A DNA stretch of 64,000 bases from an uncultured Nitrospinota bacterium (GTDB lineage: Bacteria; Tectomicrobia; Entotheonellia; J063; CAVPRW01): positions 64,001-128,000 of the forward strand of contig CAVPRW010000024.1 of NCBI GenBank assembly GCA_963707985.1, in the 5' to 3' direction. The notes below the pieces were generated by a model. The model was not told the origin of the DNA, ran no database searches, and saw only the letters and a program-made list of their open reading frames with translations. The position numbers and the translations under genes were made by a program. Shown piece by piece: positions 11,952 to 22,421 of the stretch (position 1 is its first letter; each line of letters starts with the position of its first letter).

Positions 11952-12039
11952 GACGAACGCTCCAAGACTTGCTGGCTGAGATCTACGGCTGGTTCGACGA
12001 ACGCTCCAAGAATTGCTGGCTGAGATCTACGGCTGGTTC
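11952..12039. repeat. 44-bp tandem duplication (2 copies, 1 mismatch)
   Basis: gacgaacgctccaaga(c/a)ttgctggctgagatctacggctggttc at 11952-11995 and 11996-12039. Confidence 0.95.
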
Positions 12040-12102
12040 ACTGAGGGGTTCCACACAGCAGAGATGGAACAGGCCACGACGCTACTTAGAGTAGCGTCGT
12101 GA
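12013..12102 (+). pseudogene. C-terminal relic of an adenylate/guanylate cyclase-AAA-TPR protein
   Basis: LLAEIYGWFTEGFHTAEMEQATTLL*, matching the characteristic family C-terminus (IYGWFTEGFDTADL) as recalled. Confidence 0.7.
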
Positions 12103-12166
12103 AATTTGATCCGCATCCGAGGCCACTGGGTGGTATCTCCTTGCAGATATGTGCTAAGCTTGCTCT

Positions 12167-12430
12167 ATGGCTAGGGGTCAGGACCTACTCACACGCATGC
12201 AGCAGACGCCCTTTGGTTGGGGGCAGGACGACTTTCGGCGCTTGTATCGTGCATATGGATTTGAGGTTATCGAAGGGGGACGGCATATCGTTGTGCGGCA
12301 TCCAACCTATCCGGATCTCAACACGACCGTCGCAAGGCATCAGGAGTTAGCCCCTGCCTATGCACGAACGGCTGTGCGACTCATTGAAGAACTGCTCCGA
12401 CGCACAGCCGAGCGGGGCTCGAAGGAGTGA
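12167..12430 (+). CDS. hicA: HicA-like toxin
   Basis: 87 aa with FEVIEGGRHIVVRHP (G-x-H motif) and TVARH; directly upstream of a HicB-like ORF. Confidence 0.75.
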   Translation: MARGQDLLTRMQQTPFGWGQDDFRRLYRAYGFEVIEGGRHIVVRHPTYPDLNTTVARHQELAPAYARTAVRLIEELLRRTAERGSKE

Positions 12431-12438
12431 GATAAGCC

Positions 12439-12693
12439 ATGAAGGACGCCCAATATTATGACTCCCTTCCCTGGGAAATCCGCATTGAGCGGGACCTCCG
12501 GCAGGATGGCGCGGTATACTATATCGCGCGTCATCCGGAGTTTGGGGATATCTCTGGACCCGTGGGCACCGGTAGTTCCCCCGAAGAGGCGCTGGCAGAC
12601 TTACGAGAGGCAAGGCAATGCCTGATCGGCGTTCTGTTAGAGCGTGGCGATCCCATTCCAGAACCCGGACCAGTGAAGACTGCTGTAGCCTAG
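12439..12693 (+). CDS. hicB: HicB-like antitoxin
   Basis: YIARHPEFG...GTGSSPEEALADLREAR...RGDPIPEP, typical of the HicB partial RNase H fold. Confidence 0.8.
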   Translation: MKDAQYYDSLPWEIRIERDLRQDGAVYYIARHPEFGDISGPVGTGSSPEEALADLREARQCLIGVLLERGDPIPEPGPVKTAVA

Positions 12694-12874
12694 CTTTCAG
12701 CATCTACTCCGCTTGCAGGAGCAGCGGAGAGGACACGGCCCGAACACCTCGATCAGCAACTGACGGCTATGAAGCACACTCGCGAATTGCACGAGCCACG
12801 TGTAAGAACGGGGCAGCGGCAGCCGAGCCTCCCAGTAGGAGAGGAGGAAAACAGCGCGAGCGGGAGTCTCATCC

Positions 12875-13510
12875 ATGCCAAACACCTGCGTTAAAATCGG
12901 TGTCGGCGGGCCGGTAGGCTCGGGGAAAACCGCCTTGCTCGATACCCTCTGCAAACGCTTACGCCAACGCTACGCCATGGCTGTTATCACCAACGATATT
13001 TATACCCGTGAGGATGCCGAGTTTCTCATCCGTAGCGGTGCGCTCCCCACTGAGCGCATTATGGGGGTGGAGACCGGTGGCTGCCCACATACGGCCATTC
13101 GCGAGGATGCATCGATCAATATCGATGCCGTCGAGCGCATGTTAGCACGTTTTCCCGATCTCGATCTCGTGTTCGTCGAGAGCAGTGGCGACAACCTGGC
13201 CGCCTCGTTCAGCCCCGAGTTGGTCGATGTCTCGATCTGCGTCATCGACGTCGCCGGCGGCGATAAAATCCCGCGCAAGGGAGGGCCGGGCGTGACCCGT
13301 TCCGACCTCCTGGTGATCAATAAGATCGACCTCGCCCCGGCCATGGGTGCCGATCTCGCGGTGATGCACCGCGATGCAAAGAAAATGCGCCGCGATGCAA
13401 AGAAAATGCGCCGCGACCGCCCGTTTGACTTCACCAACCTGAAGACCGACGAAGGCGTCGGTGAGATCATTGCCTGGACCACACGCGACATGTTGTTCAT
13501 CACACCGTGA
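12875..13510 (+). CDS. ureG: Urease accessory GTPase UreG
   Basis: [41 protein letters not shown]; carries an in-frame 7-aa duplication. Confidence 0.95.
   Translation: MPNTCVKIGVGGPVGSGKTALLDTLCKRLRQRYAMAVITNDIYTREDAEFLIRSGALPTERIMGVETGGCPHTAIREDASINIDAVERMLARFPDLDLVFVESSGDNLAASFSPELVDVSICVIDVAGGDKIPRKGGPGVTRSDLLVINKIDLAPAMGADLAVMHRDAKKMRRDAKKMRRDRPFDFTNLKTDEGVGEIIAWTTRDMLFITP
13370..13411. repeat. 21-bp perfect tandem duplication within ureG (RDAKKMR x2)
   Basis: cgcgatgcaaagaaaatgcgc occurs twice in tandem. Confidence 0.95.
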
Positions 13511-13517
13511 TCACCTG

Positions 13518-14345
13518 ATGAGCGCTGCAGGACGCCATGGACGCGCTGAGCTGTACTTCGCTCGACATGGTCAGCGGACCATCCTCTACCATCAATATGC
13601 TGCTGTCCCCGCTCAGATCATCCGCCCGTTCTATACCCCAGACGATGAGCGTGCCTATGTCTTTCTGCTGACTCCGACAGGTGGGATGCTGGGGGGTGAT
13701 CGACTGGATATCCACATTGTGCTAGAGCCAGACGCAAAAGTCTGCTTGACCACTGCGTCGGCGACGAAGGTGCATCCTTCTGCTGATCTTCCGGCAGAGC
13801 AGTCCCTGCGCATCGATCTCAGTGCCGGAAGCTCCCTGGAATATCTCCCTGAGCCGACGATTCTCTTTCGAGCGGCACGGTGGCGACAGCGTACGGTCGT
13901 GCATCGGGATACCGATAGCCGCCTGTTGTTCAACGAGGGTTGGAGCGCTGGACGCGTGGCTCGACAGGAGGTTTTCGCGTTCTCCACCCTGGACACCTCG
14001 GTTGAAGTGTATACCGCTGATCGTCTCTCAGTCTTCGATCGGATGCACGTCCTCCCCGCCAGCTATCCTTACCAGCAGCTTGGCCTATGGGCGGCTCGCC
14101 CACACCTGATGACGGTGTGCCTATTACAAAGGGCCCATCCGCCGGCAAGCTGGCTCCAAGCCGTTCAGGCTGAGCTGACCACCAAGCGTGGCCTCATCGG
14201 CCTGAGTCAGCTGACAGCACCGGGCTTTGTCGCCCGCATCCTGGCCGATGATGATGAGGCTATGACCCATGTAGCCCATTGCCTGTGGCAAAAAATCCGC
14301 ACAGACCTATGGGGTGAGCCCTGGAGTCCCTGGCGGAAGCTCTAA
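13518..14345 (+). CDS. ureD: Urease accessory protein UreD
   Basis: TPTGGMLGGDRL, LTTASATKVH, LEYLPEPTILF, ends WRKL; follows ureG. Confidence 0.9.
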   Translation: MSAAGRHGRAELYFARHGQRTILYHQYAAVPAQIIRPFYTPDDERAYVFLLTPTGGMLGGDRLDIHIVLEPDAKVCLTTASATKVHPSADLPAEQSLRIDLSAGSSLEYLPEPTILFRAARWRQRTVVHRDTDSRLLFNEGWSAGRVARQEVFAFSTLDTSVEVYTADRLSVFDRMHVLPASYPYQQLGLWAARPHLMTVCLLQRAHPPASWLQAVQAELTTKRGLIGLSQLTAPGFVARILADDDEAMTHVAHCLWQKIRTDLWGEPWSPWRKL

Positions 14346-14517
14346 ACACTGAGCGAATCGCCAGCATTGGCGGCCCTCCGCGAGCCAATCAAGAATTACC
14401 CCCCACAGCCTATACATCGATCATACCCTTATCCCAGTTTTCCAACCATCGACGACCAGATGTGTCCGGGACGAACGCCAACAACCCTGGAAGACCTGAC
14501 GGATCCAAGGAGCAATC

Positions 14518-15031
14518 ATGATGTAACCCAATCATCACAAAGCGGCCTTTGAAGGGCACCATATCAAATCAAAGATGTTCTTGGCATTGTCGCTTACCTC
14601 TGTCATTCCACTCCTCATCCTGACCTATATCTTGCACGTCTATGTCATCCCGCTCTTGGATGCGAGTACGAACGGGATACTGATCGGATCCTGGCAAGGG
14701 CTGCTCATCTGCACTGGACTACTGATGGCCGGAGGTGCGTATGTCATCTGGGATGTCGCAGCCGCTGTGGTGCGTACCGCACAGCTGGTCGCCAACGCCT
14801 CGCAAGCCATGGGTGCGGAAGGACGCTCGGACGAAATCGGCGTGTTAATGACCTCCTTCTCACGCATGCTGACAACCATTGAGGACCAGGCTACCCAAAT
14901 AAACACCTTCGCGGCTGAGCTTGACTCAGCCTACAAAGACCTTGAAGCGACGAACAGTCGTCTGAAAGATTTGTCGTTCAAGGATGAAGTGACGGACCTC
15001 TATAACCGACGCTTCTTTTTCATTCGGCTCC
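14518..15031 (+). pseudogene. Membrane-anchored HAMP-GGDEF diguanylate cyclase, N-terminal half
   Basis: Two TM segments, HAMP-like RSDEIGVLMTSFSRM, and DEVTDLYNRRFF (start of GGDEF). In-frame TAA at 14524; cut at about 15031. Confidence 0.8.
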
Positions 15032-15201
15032 GTTAGAAAAAGGAATGACCGCGACCTTGCCGACTTTGTAAGCTATGGTTAAATTGGCACGTTTGTGACG
15101 ACCCCTGCCGGAGGGGTCAACAAGAATCCCGCCAATCTTATACTCGATCATTTCTCTCCACTCGGCAAAGTCTATGACAGGCAATCTTTTGCGGAATGTA
15201 G

Positions 15202-16941
15202 CTAACCGACATTGAGCAACCCTCTCCGGGAGAAATTTGATACAAGACGGCAGACCTCATGACCAAACAAACGGAGGATGTTAATCTGCACATCATGAAG
15301 ACCTTCCATGAGATCATGCCTCTGCCCTGGCACCATCATGCGGACCCGGTGAATGCCTTCGAACAGCTGGAAGATCCAACGTCAGGTGGGCGACGGTGTG
15401 GGTTGATTGATGTGGTTCGGCACGGTCTCCTGGTGCTGGGCTCATGGCTGTCGAAGTCGACGTGGCGTCACGGAGTAGACCAGTAACGCCAGGGTCATCA
15501 CCATGAGCAACCCTTCACTCCGGTTGGGTTGTTTGACAAACAACGACGAGACGAACAACCGCGGGTCGTTGAGCCACCGAAAGCCCCCTGCACCGTGCGC
15601 TTGACCTTTGTCGGCAACGATGACCTCGGCATGGCGTACCTCGCTGGCGGCGATAGTGGTGCCAAGGACATCGCAGGCCTTGGCTGGCTTGTCCTGGCCA
15701 ATCGTGTCGTCATCCGCATGGCCTTGAGCCTGGATGTGCCACTCGACGGCCTTGAGGGCCGTGCGCGGTGTGGGACGGCCTTGGCCAGCGTCGCGTGTGT
15801 AGTGCGTCAGCTGAGAGGACTCAACGCGGTGAGACCGCCAGCGCTTGGCCAACCCCGCGAGGGCCTCTTGAGCGGCTTCGGGGGCGCAAAAGCGTGGGGC
15901 TTGCAGGTGAAAGAGCGGCTGGGTGATGGCCTCGTATGCGCGCTGTGTGGCGTGGTGGAGCGTGGCGTCGGCACGTTCAAGAGCGGCCCGTGAAGACACC
16001 ACCAGCCCCCGCTGGGCCATGCCATCGTGACACCACTCAAGAGACTGAGAGCGGGTGTCGTCGTCAACAGGCTGCCAGGTGTCCTGCTGGAGCGCTTGGC
16101 GAATGACCTGCGACACCAACGTGAGGGTCGCTGGCAGACGGGTGATCAAGCCCAGCTGGGCCAGATGGGCGGCATGGTCCTCACCGTCGAGTGTGGCATC
16201 GGCGACCAGATCGCGTGGGCGGGGCGGGTCCTTGACGGCGCTCCCCAACGCCTGCGCCCGCGCCTGGAACACCCGGGTGTCGGCGGTGTTGCCGTCCCCA
16301 CTCGTGCGCACACAGGGGACGCCCCCGTCTTGAGCCACGATCCGTTCCCACACCGCCTGCTGCAGGTCCGGCCGGTGGTCTTTCGAGTCGCCGTGGGGTC
16401 GGCGCATGGCGTGCTCGTCGCGATCAGGCACAGACTCGCCGGTGAGGGCAAAGCTGGTCGTGTCGAGATGATTGAAGCGCCGATCCATGCCTTCGTGAGC
16501 ACCGATCGCACGTGCTAGCTCCTCACACCACACGTCGCAGCCATAGGCATAGACTTCATCGCGTGTGCGGCCACGCTTGAAACGGTTGAACATCTCGGCA
16601 TCGATGCCTTCACGAACACAAGAGATCGAGGGGGTTGTTGGCAAAAAACTGCGGCGTTCACGATCAGGGCCGATGGGCAAAGCCCACGCCAGTGAGGATC
16701 ATTCCGGCCACGGCTTCGCCCGGCGTCATCACTGCTTGATCATCTGGCACGAGCCGTCTGTTCAGCATGTTCATCAGCCCTCAGTCGTGGATAGGAGCAG
16801 CCATCACGCCTATGTGATCGAGACGCTCGACGCGAACCTGTTCCATGTGACAACCCTCCCCTGAAGCTTCTTGATGCCGTCAAGCCTGCAGCGGAGGATC
16901 AACGATTTTGTCTCTCTAAGCACCTGCTCAATGTCGGTTAG
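15202..16941 (-). mobile_element. IS1634-family element, heavily mutated transposase (about 16846->15202)
   Basis: Perfect 17-bp terminal IRs ctaaccgacattgagca (15202-15218) / tgctcaatgtcggttag (16925-16941). Residual motifs VERLDH, HLDTTSF, SKDHRPDL; several stops and frameshifts. Confidence 0.88.
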
Positions 16942-16963
16942 AGGCATTGGGTTTTCCTAAATT

Positions 16964-17428
16964 CATGAAGAGGAAATCAGCCGCTTTCATCGGTTCGGGC
17001 ACCCCCTCTCGATTGTTTTCCTCGACCTCGACGACTTCAAAGCGGTGAATGATGAGCTGGGCCACACAGCCGGGGATGAAACCTTGCGAGAGGTCGCCCA
17101 GCTCATGCAGAAACGGTCGCGTTCGGACAATATTATGGCACGCTATGGCGGCGACGAATTCGCTATCTTACTGGTGGAAACGCCGCAGTCTGGGGCATCT
17201 TGTTACGCCGAGCGCATCCGCCAAGCATTGGCCGATTTCTCCTTCAGCCACTCCCGGCACATCACTGCCAGCTTTGGGATTGCGAGTCTGCCTGAGGACT
17301 GTCCTGCCTCCTCTGAGGCGTTGATCCGTGATGCCGATGAAGCCCTCTATGCCGCTAAGCGGCATGGCAAAAACGGTGTTGCTAGCTACGAGCCAGAGAT
17401 GACCTTTGCACTCTCCCCACAGAGTTAA
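16964..17428 (+). pseudogene. GGDEF diguanylate cyclase, C-terminal half
   Basis: HEEEISRF...FLDLDDFKAVNDELGHTAGD...RYGGDEF...ADEALYAAKRHGKN; rejoins the N-half in frame when the insert is removed. Confidence 0.88.
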
Positions 17429-17744
17429 CCACGTTCGCGTCCCGTTTGGCGTATTTTCCCCGGACTTCCCCACATCCTCTTTTTCTGCAACGTTCCCCCG
17501 TGTGCTGCCGTCGCACCTGCGGCAGAACTTGACTTGTGATCCCTGCATTTCCCGCGATGACCTGTCAGCGATCGACTGATTCTTGTCGTCCTCGACAGTA
17601 TGGTAAAATGGCTCTCAGCCGTGAGGGCATCACTCGCCAGCCTCATGCGCTGACGTGGTCTTAGGTGATCCAGGGAGGGGATATGCTGACCTGACGTCAC
17701 TTCCTCTTATAGAGGGTCATGGTGTTAAGGAATGGAGGGAAGTC

Positions 17745-18749
17745 GTGGCTCACTCCTTTGGGCTCATTTTACCGAATCGTGCTGTCATCCTGGGCGCCGT
17801 CACGGTACGGGATCTCCTGGATTTAACCACACAATGCGAGGTCTCAGGCGCTTTTGACACCATCTGGGTTGGGGATAGCCTCCTGGCCAAGCCCCGTTTG
17901 GAGTCTGTGACGCTGTTGTCGGCCCTGGCAGCCATCACGACGCGGGTTCGCCTTGGGGTGGGCTGCATGGCGACCTTCGCGCACCGCCACCCGGTGCTGT
18001 TGGCCCAGCAGTGGGCCAGCCTCGATGTGTTGTCGAATGGCCGGTCATGGCTGGTGGTCTGCCTTGGGGGACCAAATGAGGCGGGAGCGGCTCAAGCACT
18101 CGAACACGCCGCCATGGGCATTCAAGCCCGTGAACGGATCGGCCGCCTCGAAGAAGGCATCACGATACTCCGCAAACTTTTTCATGACACGCAGGCGTCG
18201 CATCAGGGTCGCTATTACCAATTTGCCGGTGTAACGTTGCAACCATCGCCGGTGCAGGCTCCTTGTCCGATCTGGATCGCCAGTAACCCGACCGGATTGA
18301 CCTGGCAAGGCGGCGCCAGTGCCTCCGAAGCAGTGATTGAGCGCAGCTTCCGGCGTGTGGCCCGTTATGCGGATGGCTGGATGACCAATAAGGTCACACC
18401 AGAGCAATTCCGCCAACAGTGGAGACGCATCACCGCAATGGCGCGTGAGGAGGGACGCGATGTCGCAAAACTCGGCAACGCTCTCTATCACAACCTCAAT
18501 ATCAATGAGGACCGACAAGCCGCACTGGTTGAGAGCAAGACCTTCCTGGACAAGTATTATGCGGCCAATTTCAGTCCAGCATTCGTCGAGGGGTGGACGG
18601 CAGCTGGAAGCCCAAAGCAATGCATCGAGGAATTGCAGGCCTACGTCGACGCTGGTGTGCAGCACCTATCCTTGCGCTTGACCTCATGGGACCAGCAGGG
18701 CCAGCTGCAGCGTTTTCTGGACGAGGTGGCGCCAGCGTTTGCGGCCTGA
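17745..18749 (+). CDS. LLM-class (luciferase-like) flavin-dependent oxidoreductase
   Basis: WVGDSLLAKPRLE, LAAITTRVRLG, WASLDVLSNGR, RVARYADGW; GTG start after GGAGGGA. Confidence 0.85.
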   Translation: MAHSFGLILPNRAVILGAVTVRDLLDLTTQCEVSGAFDTIWVGDSLLAKPRLESVTLLSALAAITTRVRLGVGCMATFAHRHPVLLAQQWASLDVLSNGRSWLVVCLGGPNEAGAAQALEHAAMGIQARERIGRLEEGITILRKLFHDTQASHQGRYYQFAGVTLQPSPVQAPCPIWIASNPTGLTWQGGASASEAVIERSFRRVARYADGWMTNKVTPEQFRQQWRRITAMAREEGRDVAKLGNALYHNLNINEDRQAALVESKTFLDKYYAANFSPAFVEGWTAAGSPKQCIEELQAYVDAGVQHLSLRLTSWDQQGQLQRFLDEVAPAFAA

Positions 18750-19072
18750 CCTCACGGAATAAGACCCTCATGTATGGCGTCTAGAAATCAATGCTGCAGC
18801 ACACTCCTGGCATACGAGTAGCAGGTAGCTCCACACTTAACCGTGGTCATGAGCACTACCGCTCTAGCACCCGTGCTGGCGTGCGTGGGCCTGCATTAGT
18901 CGCCACGCCGCAGAGTTGATCCCGGCCGCGGCCCCCCGCGTCAGCGCGGTTGACGACACTACCAACACCTGGCCAGCCGATCGCCGGTGTGGCGTGCTCT
19001 CGCTACGGGGCCGGCACGTCGCACCCTAAGCATCTCGGAGCCTGCGGCGCTTGCACGTTGTGCTCGGAGTCA

Positions 19073-21004
19073 TCAAATACTGTCCCGATTCGGTGCCATA
19101 AAGGCAGCTACGGCTCGAAGCTCATGCGTCGTCGGGCACGGTGGGAGACTGGCGAGGAAGAGTCGGCCATACGGCTTCTGGCGTAAGCGGCTATCGAGGA
19201 TGGCCAACACCCCCCGGTCCTGCTTGGTACGGATCAAGCGGCCGAGGCCCTGTTTCAGGGTGATGATTGCGGTGGGGACCTGGTAGTCCAGAAAGGGATT
19301 GCCGCCGGCCTCGCGGATCGCGTCGATGCGCGCCTCAACGAGCGGCTCACTGGGAACTGCAAAGGGGAGTTTGTCGATAATGACGCAGCTCAGGGCCTCA
19401 CCCTGGACATCGATCCCTTGCCAAAAGCTGCTAGTCGCGAACAATACCGAATGCAGATCCGCTTTGAACGCATCGAGTAGGACACTCTTGGGAGCATCAC
19501 CCTGGCGCAAGCAGGTATAGGGGAGGTCATCGATAAGACGTTCATAAATTGCATGCATCATGCGAAAGCTGGTGAAGAGCACTAAGGCTCGACCCTCGGT
19601 AAGCTCCAGTAGCTGGCGGATGGATTCGGCCGCGGCACCGATGAAGTCAGGCGCACGGGGATCAGGCAGAGTGGTCGGAAGATAGAGAATGGTCTGACTG
19701 GCATATTCAAAGGGTGAATCCAACAACACCTCGTCGGCCTCGGGAATACCCAAGCGACCCTTGATAAACGTAAATGTCCGCCCAGTCGACAGCGTCGCGG
19801 AGGTCAAAATCATCGGCTGATGGTGACGGAATAAGCGTTCCTGTAATTCCTCTGCAACGTCGATGGGGGACGCCTGGAGAAAGATGCCGCGCCCACGCTG
19901 CTCAACCCAATAGACATAGCCGGGATTCTGCAGAGCACTGACAAATTCGACCTCGGCTGCCAGCACGGTTGCCCGTTGGGCGCAAGAGATGAGGCCTTCC
20001 GTAGGCTCCTGCACGTTGCTGAGCTGAGCGCCTAGCAGTGCCAAGCTATCGATGAGATCACTGGCGGCTTTGGCAAAGCCCTTCGGGACGCGGGAGGGTG
20101 CAAGCCTCTGGCGCTCACCTCGACCATCCATGAGGCGAAACAGCGCACCGCTCCGTTGCAGCAAATGATGGAGGGTCTGATCAGCGGGCGTTACATCCTG
20201 CTTGAGGGCTCGCAACTCTCGCTCCGTATCACGCGTCAACTCTTCAACGCGATAGTTGCTGACACCCATCCCAAAGTGTTGGGTGGCCACCTCTTCCAGG
20301 TGGTGTGCCTCATCGAAAATGACAGCATCATAACGTGGGATCACTTCGCCGTAGGAGGATTCTTTCAGGGCAAGGTCAGCGAAGAAGAGGTGGTGGTTGA
20401 CGATGATGATGTCGGCTGCCGCCGCCTCCTGGCGCATACGCGTGATGAAACAGCGGTTGTACCACTCACAACGTTGACCCAGGCAGGACTCACTGGTGGT
20501 GCAGAGTTCATTCCAGACAAACGCATCGTCAGGCAGGTCGGCTAATTCCGCGCGGTCGCCGGTGGCTGTCTCCTCAGCCCACTGCTCAAGACGCTGCAGC
20601 CAGACGCGATCCACCAACCCCGGCAGCACTGGCTGTTGCCGGAGCCTCTGCAAATGCCAAAGGCAGAGATAGTTTTGGCGCCCCTTCATGCAGGCGGCGC
20701 TGAAAGGACGCGGCAGCACCTGCTGCAGGAAGGGGATGTCCTTGGAGAAGATCTGCTCTTGCAGATTTTTTGTGCCGGTCGACACCACCACTTTGAGCCC
20801 GCTCAGAATCGCAGGAATGAGGTAGGCCAGGGTTTTACCAGTGCCGGTACCAGCCTCGACCAGCAGCGTCTGTCGCGCCTGTAACGCATCCCAGACGCGC
20901 GCACTCATCTCCCCTTGCTGGGGGCGCTCCTCGTAGTGGGAGAGCGCCTGTGCCAGCATGCCGCACGGGCCAAAAATCTGCTGCATGTCAAAGCGAGCAG
21001 TCAT
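19073..21004 (-). CDS. yoaA: DinG/YoaA-family ATP-dependent DNA helicase (Fe-S)
   Basis: [35 protein letters not shown]; Fe-S cysteines present. Confidence 0.9.
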   Translation of the reverse strand: MTARFDMQQIFGPCGMLAQALSHYEERPQQGEMSARVWDALQARQTLLVEAGTGTGKTLAYLIPAILSGLKVVVSTGTKNLQEQIFSKDIPFLQQVLPRPFSAACMKGRQNYLCLWHLQRLRQQPVLPGLVDRVWLQRLEQWAEETATGDRAELADLPDDAFVWNELCTTSESCLGQRCEWYNRCFITRMRQEAAAADIIIVNHHLFFADLALKESSYGEVIPRYDAVIFDEAHHLEEVATQHFGMGVSNYRVEELTRDTERELRALKQDVTPADQTLHHLLQRSGALFRLMDGRGERQRLAPSRVPKGFAKAASDLIDSLALLGAQLSNVQEPTEGLISCAQRATVLAAEVEFVSALQNPGYVYWVEQRGRGIFLQASPIDVAEELQERLFRHHQPMILTSATLSTGRTFTFIKGRLGIPEADEVLLDSPFEYASQTILYLPTTLPDPRAPDFIGAAAESIRQLLELTEGRALVLFTSFRMMHAIYERLIDDLPYTCLRQGDAPKSVLLDAFKADLHSVLFATSSFWQGIDVQGEALSCVIIDKLPFAVPSEPLVEARIDAIREAGGNPFLDYQVPTAIITLKQGLGRLIRTKQDRGVLAILDSRLRQKPYGRLFLASLPPCPTTHELRAVAAFMAPNRDSI

Positions 21005-21009
21005 ATCAC

Positions 21010-22029
21010 CTATGAGGCTTTGCGCCCAGTCGCCTCAGCGACTTTCACCAGAGTGTCCATCATGACCTGGAAGTTGTCGGGTTTGAGGGCCTGTGGTCCG
21101 TCGCATAAGGCTTCCGCCGGACGCGGATGGACCTCCACCAATAAGCCGTCGGCTCCAGCAGCGATGGCTGCCAGGGCCATCGGTGCGACGTACCGCCAGT
21201 GGCCGCTACTGTGGCTCGGGTCGACGAAAACGGGCAGATGGCTTTCCTCCTTGAGTACTGGGACGGCGCTCAGATCCAACGTGAAGCGAGTCATCGTCTC
21301 GAACGTGCGGATGCCACGCTCGCACAGGATCACATTCGGGTTGCCTTCACTTAAAATATACTCCGCGGACATCAAAAATTCCTGGATCGTCGACGACATC
21401 CCACGCTTCAAGAACACTGGTTTGTTCGTTTTTCCAACGCGTTTCAAGAGCGGGAAATTCTGGGCATTGCGTGTACCAATCTGCAGCACGTCGGCGTATT
21501 GCGACACGAGATCGACGTCCTCCGGTGCCATCACCTCGGTGACGATGGGCAGGCCAGTAATCGCCCTGGCCTCCACCAGCAGCTTCAATCCATCCTCACC
21601 CATGCCTTGGAACGAGTAGGGGGAGGTGCGTGGTTTGAACGCGCCGCCACGCAGCAGCCTGGCGCCGGCCGACTGCACGGCGACAGCGGTCTCCATGACT
21701 TGCTCCCGGGTTTCCACGGAGCACGGTCCGGCGGCGACGACGACGCGATCCCCGCCGATCTGTACCCCATCGATGTTGAGCACCGTGCGCCCCATCTTGA
21801 CCTGTCGACTAGCTAATTTGTACGGCTTCAAGATGGGCACGATGCTCTCCACGCCAGCCATGGCCTCCAAGGACTGTAGCCGGGGTTTCGTACGCTCATC
21901 CCCAATGCAGCCGATGACGCAACGCTCGACTCCCTGGCTCACATGCGCCGTGAACCCCATGTCTTTAATGCGCCCGATCACCGCCCCGACTTCGTCCTCT
22001 GTTGCTCCTGCTTTCATGATGACGATCAT
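21010..22029 (-). CDS. aroF: 3-deoxy-7-phosphoheptulonate (DAHP) synthase, type I-beta with N-terminal regulatory domain
   Basis: [47 protein letters not shown]. Confidence 0.95.
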   Translation of the reverse strand: MIVIMKAGATEDEVGAVIGRIKDMGFTAHVSQGVERCVIGCIGDERTKPRLQSLEAMAGVESIVPILKPYKLASRQVKMGRTVLNIDGVQIGGDRVVVAAGPCSVETREQVMETAVAVQSAGARLLRGGAFKPRTSPYSFQGMGEDGLKLLVEARAITGLPIVTEVMAPEDVDLVSQYADVLQIGTRNAQNFPLLKRVGKTNKPVFLKRGMSSTIQEFLMSAEYILSEGNPNVILCERGIRTFETMTRFTLDLSAVPVLKEESHLPVFVDPSHSSGHWRYVAPMALAAIAAGADGLLVEVHPRPAEALCDGPQALKPDNFQVMMDTLVKVAEATGRKAS

Positions 22030-22078
22030 CTGCCTTCTCCCCGTTGATGGCTTTCAATGATAAGCCCGCTGACACAAC

Positions 22079-22116
22079 AAAAAAAAAGCCGCTGGCTGTA
22101 ATTTCAGCCCACGGCT
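22079..22116 (-). terminator. Attenuator terminator upstream of aroF
   Basis: Minus strand AGCCGTGGGCTG-AAATTA-CAGCCAGCGGCT followed by a run of about 9 T, about 50 nt before the aroF start. Confidence 0.85.
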
Positions 22117-22152
22117 CGTACGAAACTCTGATAAAACCCGGTGATAGGCGAG

Positions 22153-22248
22153 TTACGCCAAGACGATGGGCTGCCGTATGGTACTAAAATAGTACCAATA
22201 ATAGCAGCAGTAGGCCCTCTGGTAATAGTAGTATAGGAGGGTCCCCAT
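22153..22248 (-). CDS. Tyr-rich leader peptide of aroF (31 aa)
   Basis: MGTLLYYYYQRAYCCYYWYYFSTIRQPIVLA* (9 Tyr, 1 Trp, 1 Phe); alternative in-frame ATG at 22272. Confidence 0.85.
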   Translation of the reverse strand: MGTLLYYYYQRAYCCYYWYYFSTIRQPIVLA

Positions 22249-22421
22249 CGTCAGAGCTCTATCCTGCCTCATCTTGCTGTGAACATGCTATTTGCCACGC
22301 GACTGTATAGCATGGGACGGATGCTGATGTTGACGAATATATAGCCCTAATGAAACACTACACGAATATCAGAGTGTACAATATCTGTCAAGAAAAAAAT
22401 GCATGCGTACACTCCGTGACA

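Noticed and set aside
11952..12039. 44-bp direct repeat as a CRISPR array
   Set aside because: Two adjacent copies with no spacer and no cas genes; it overlaps a protein-coding relic.
15529..16864. Several plus-strand ORFs inside the IS1634
   Set aside because: Antisense to the transposase; probably open only because of the high GC content.
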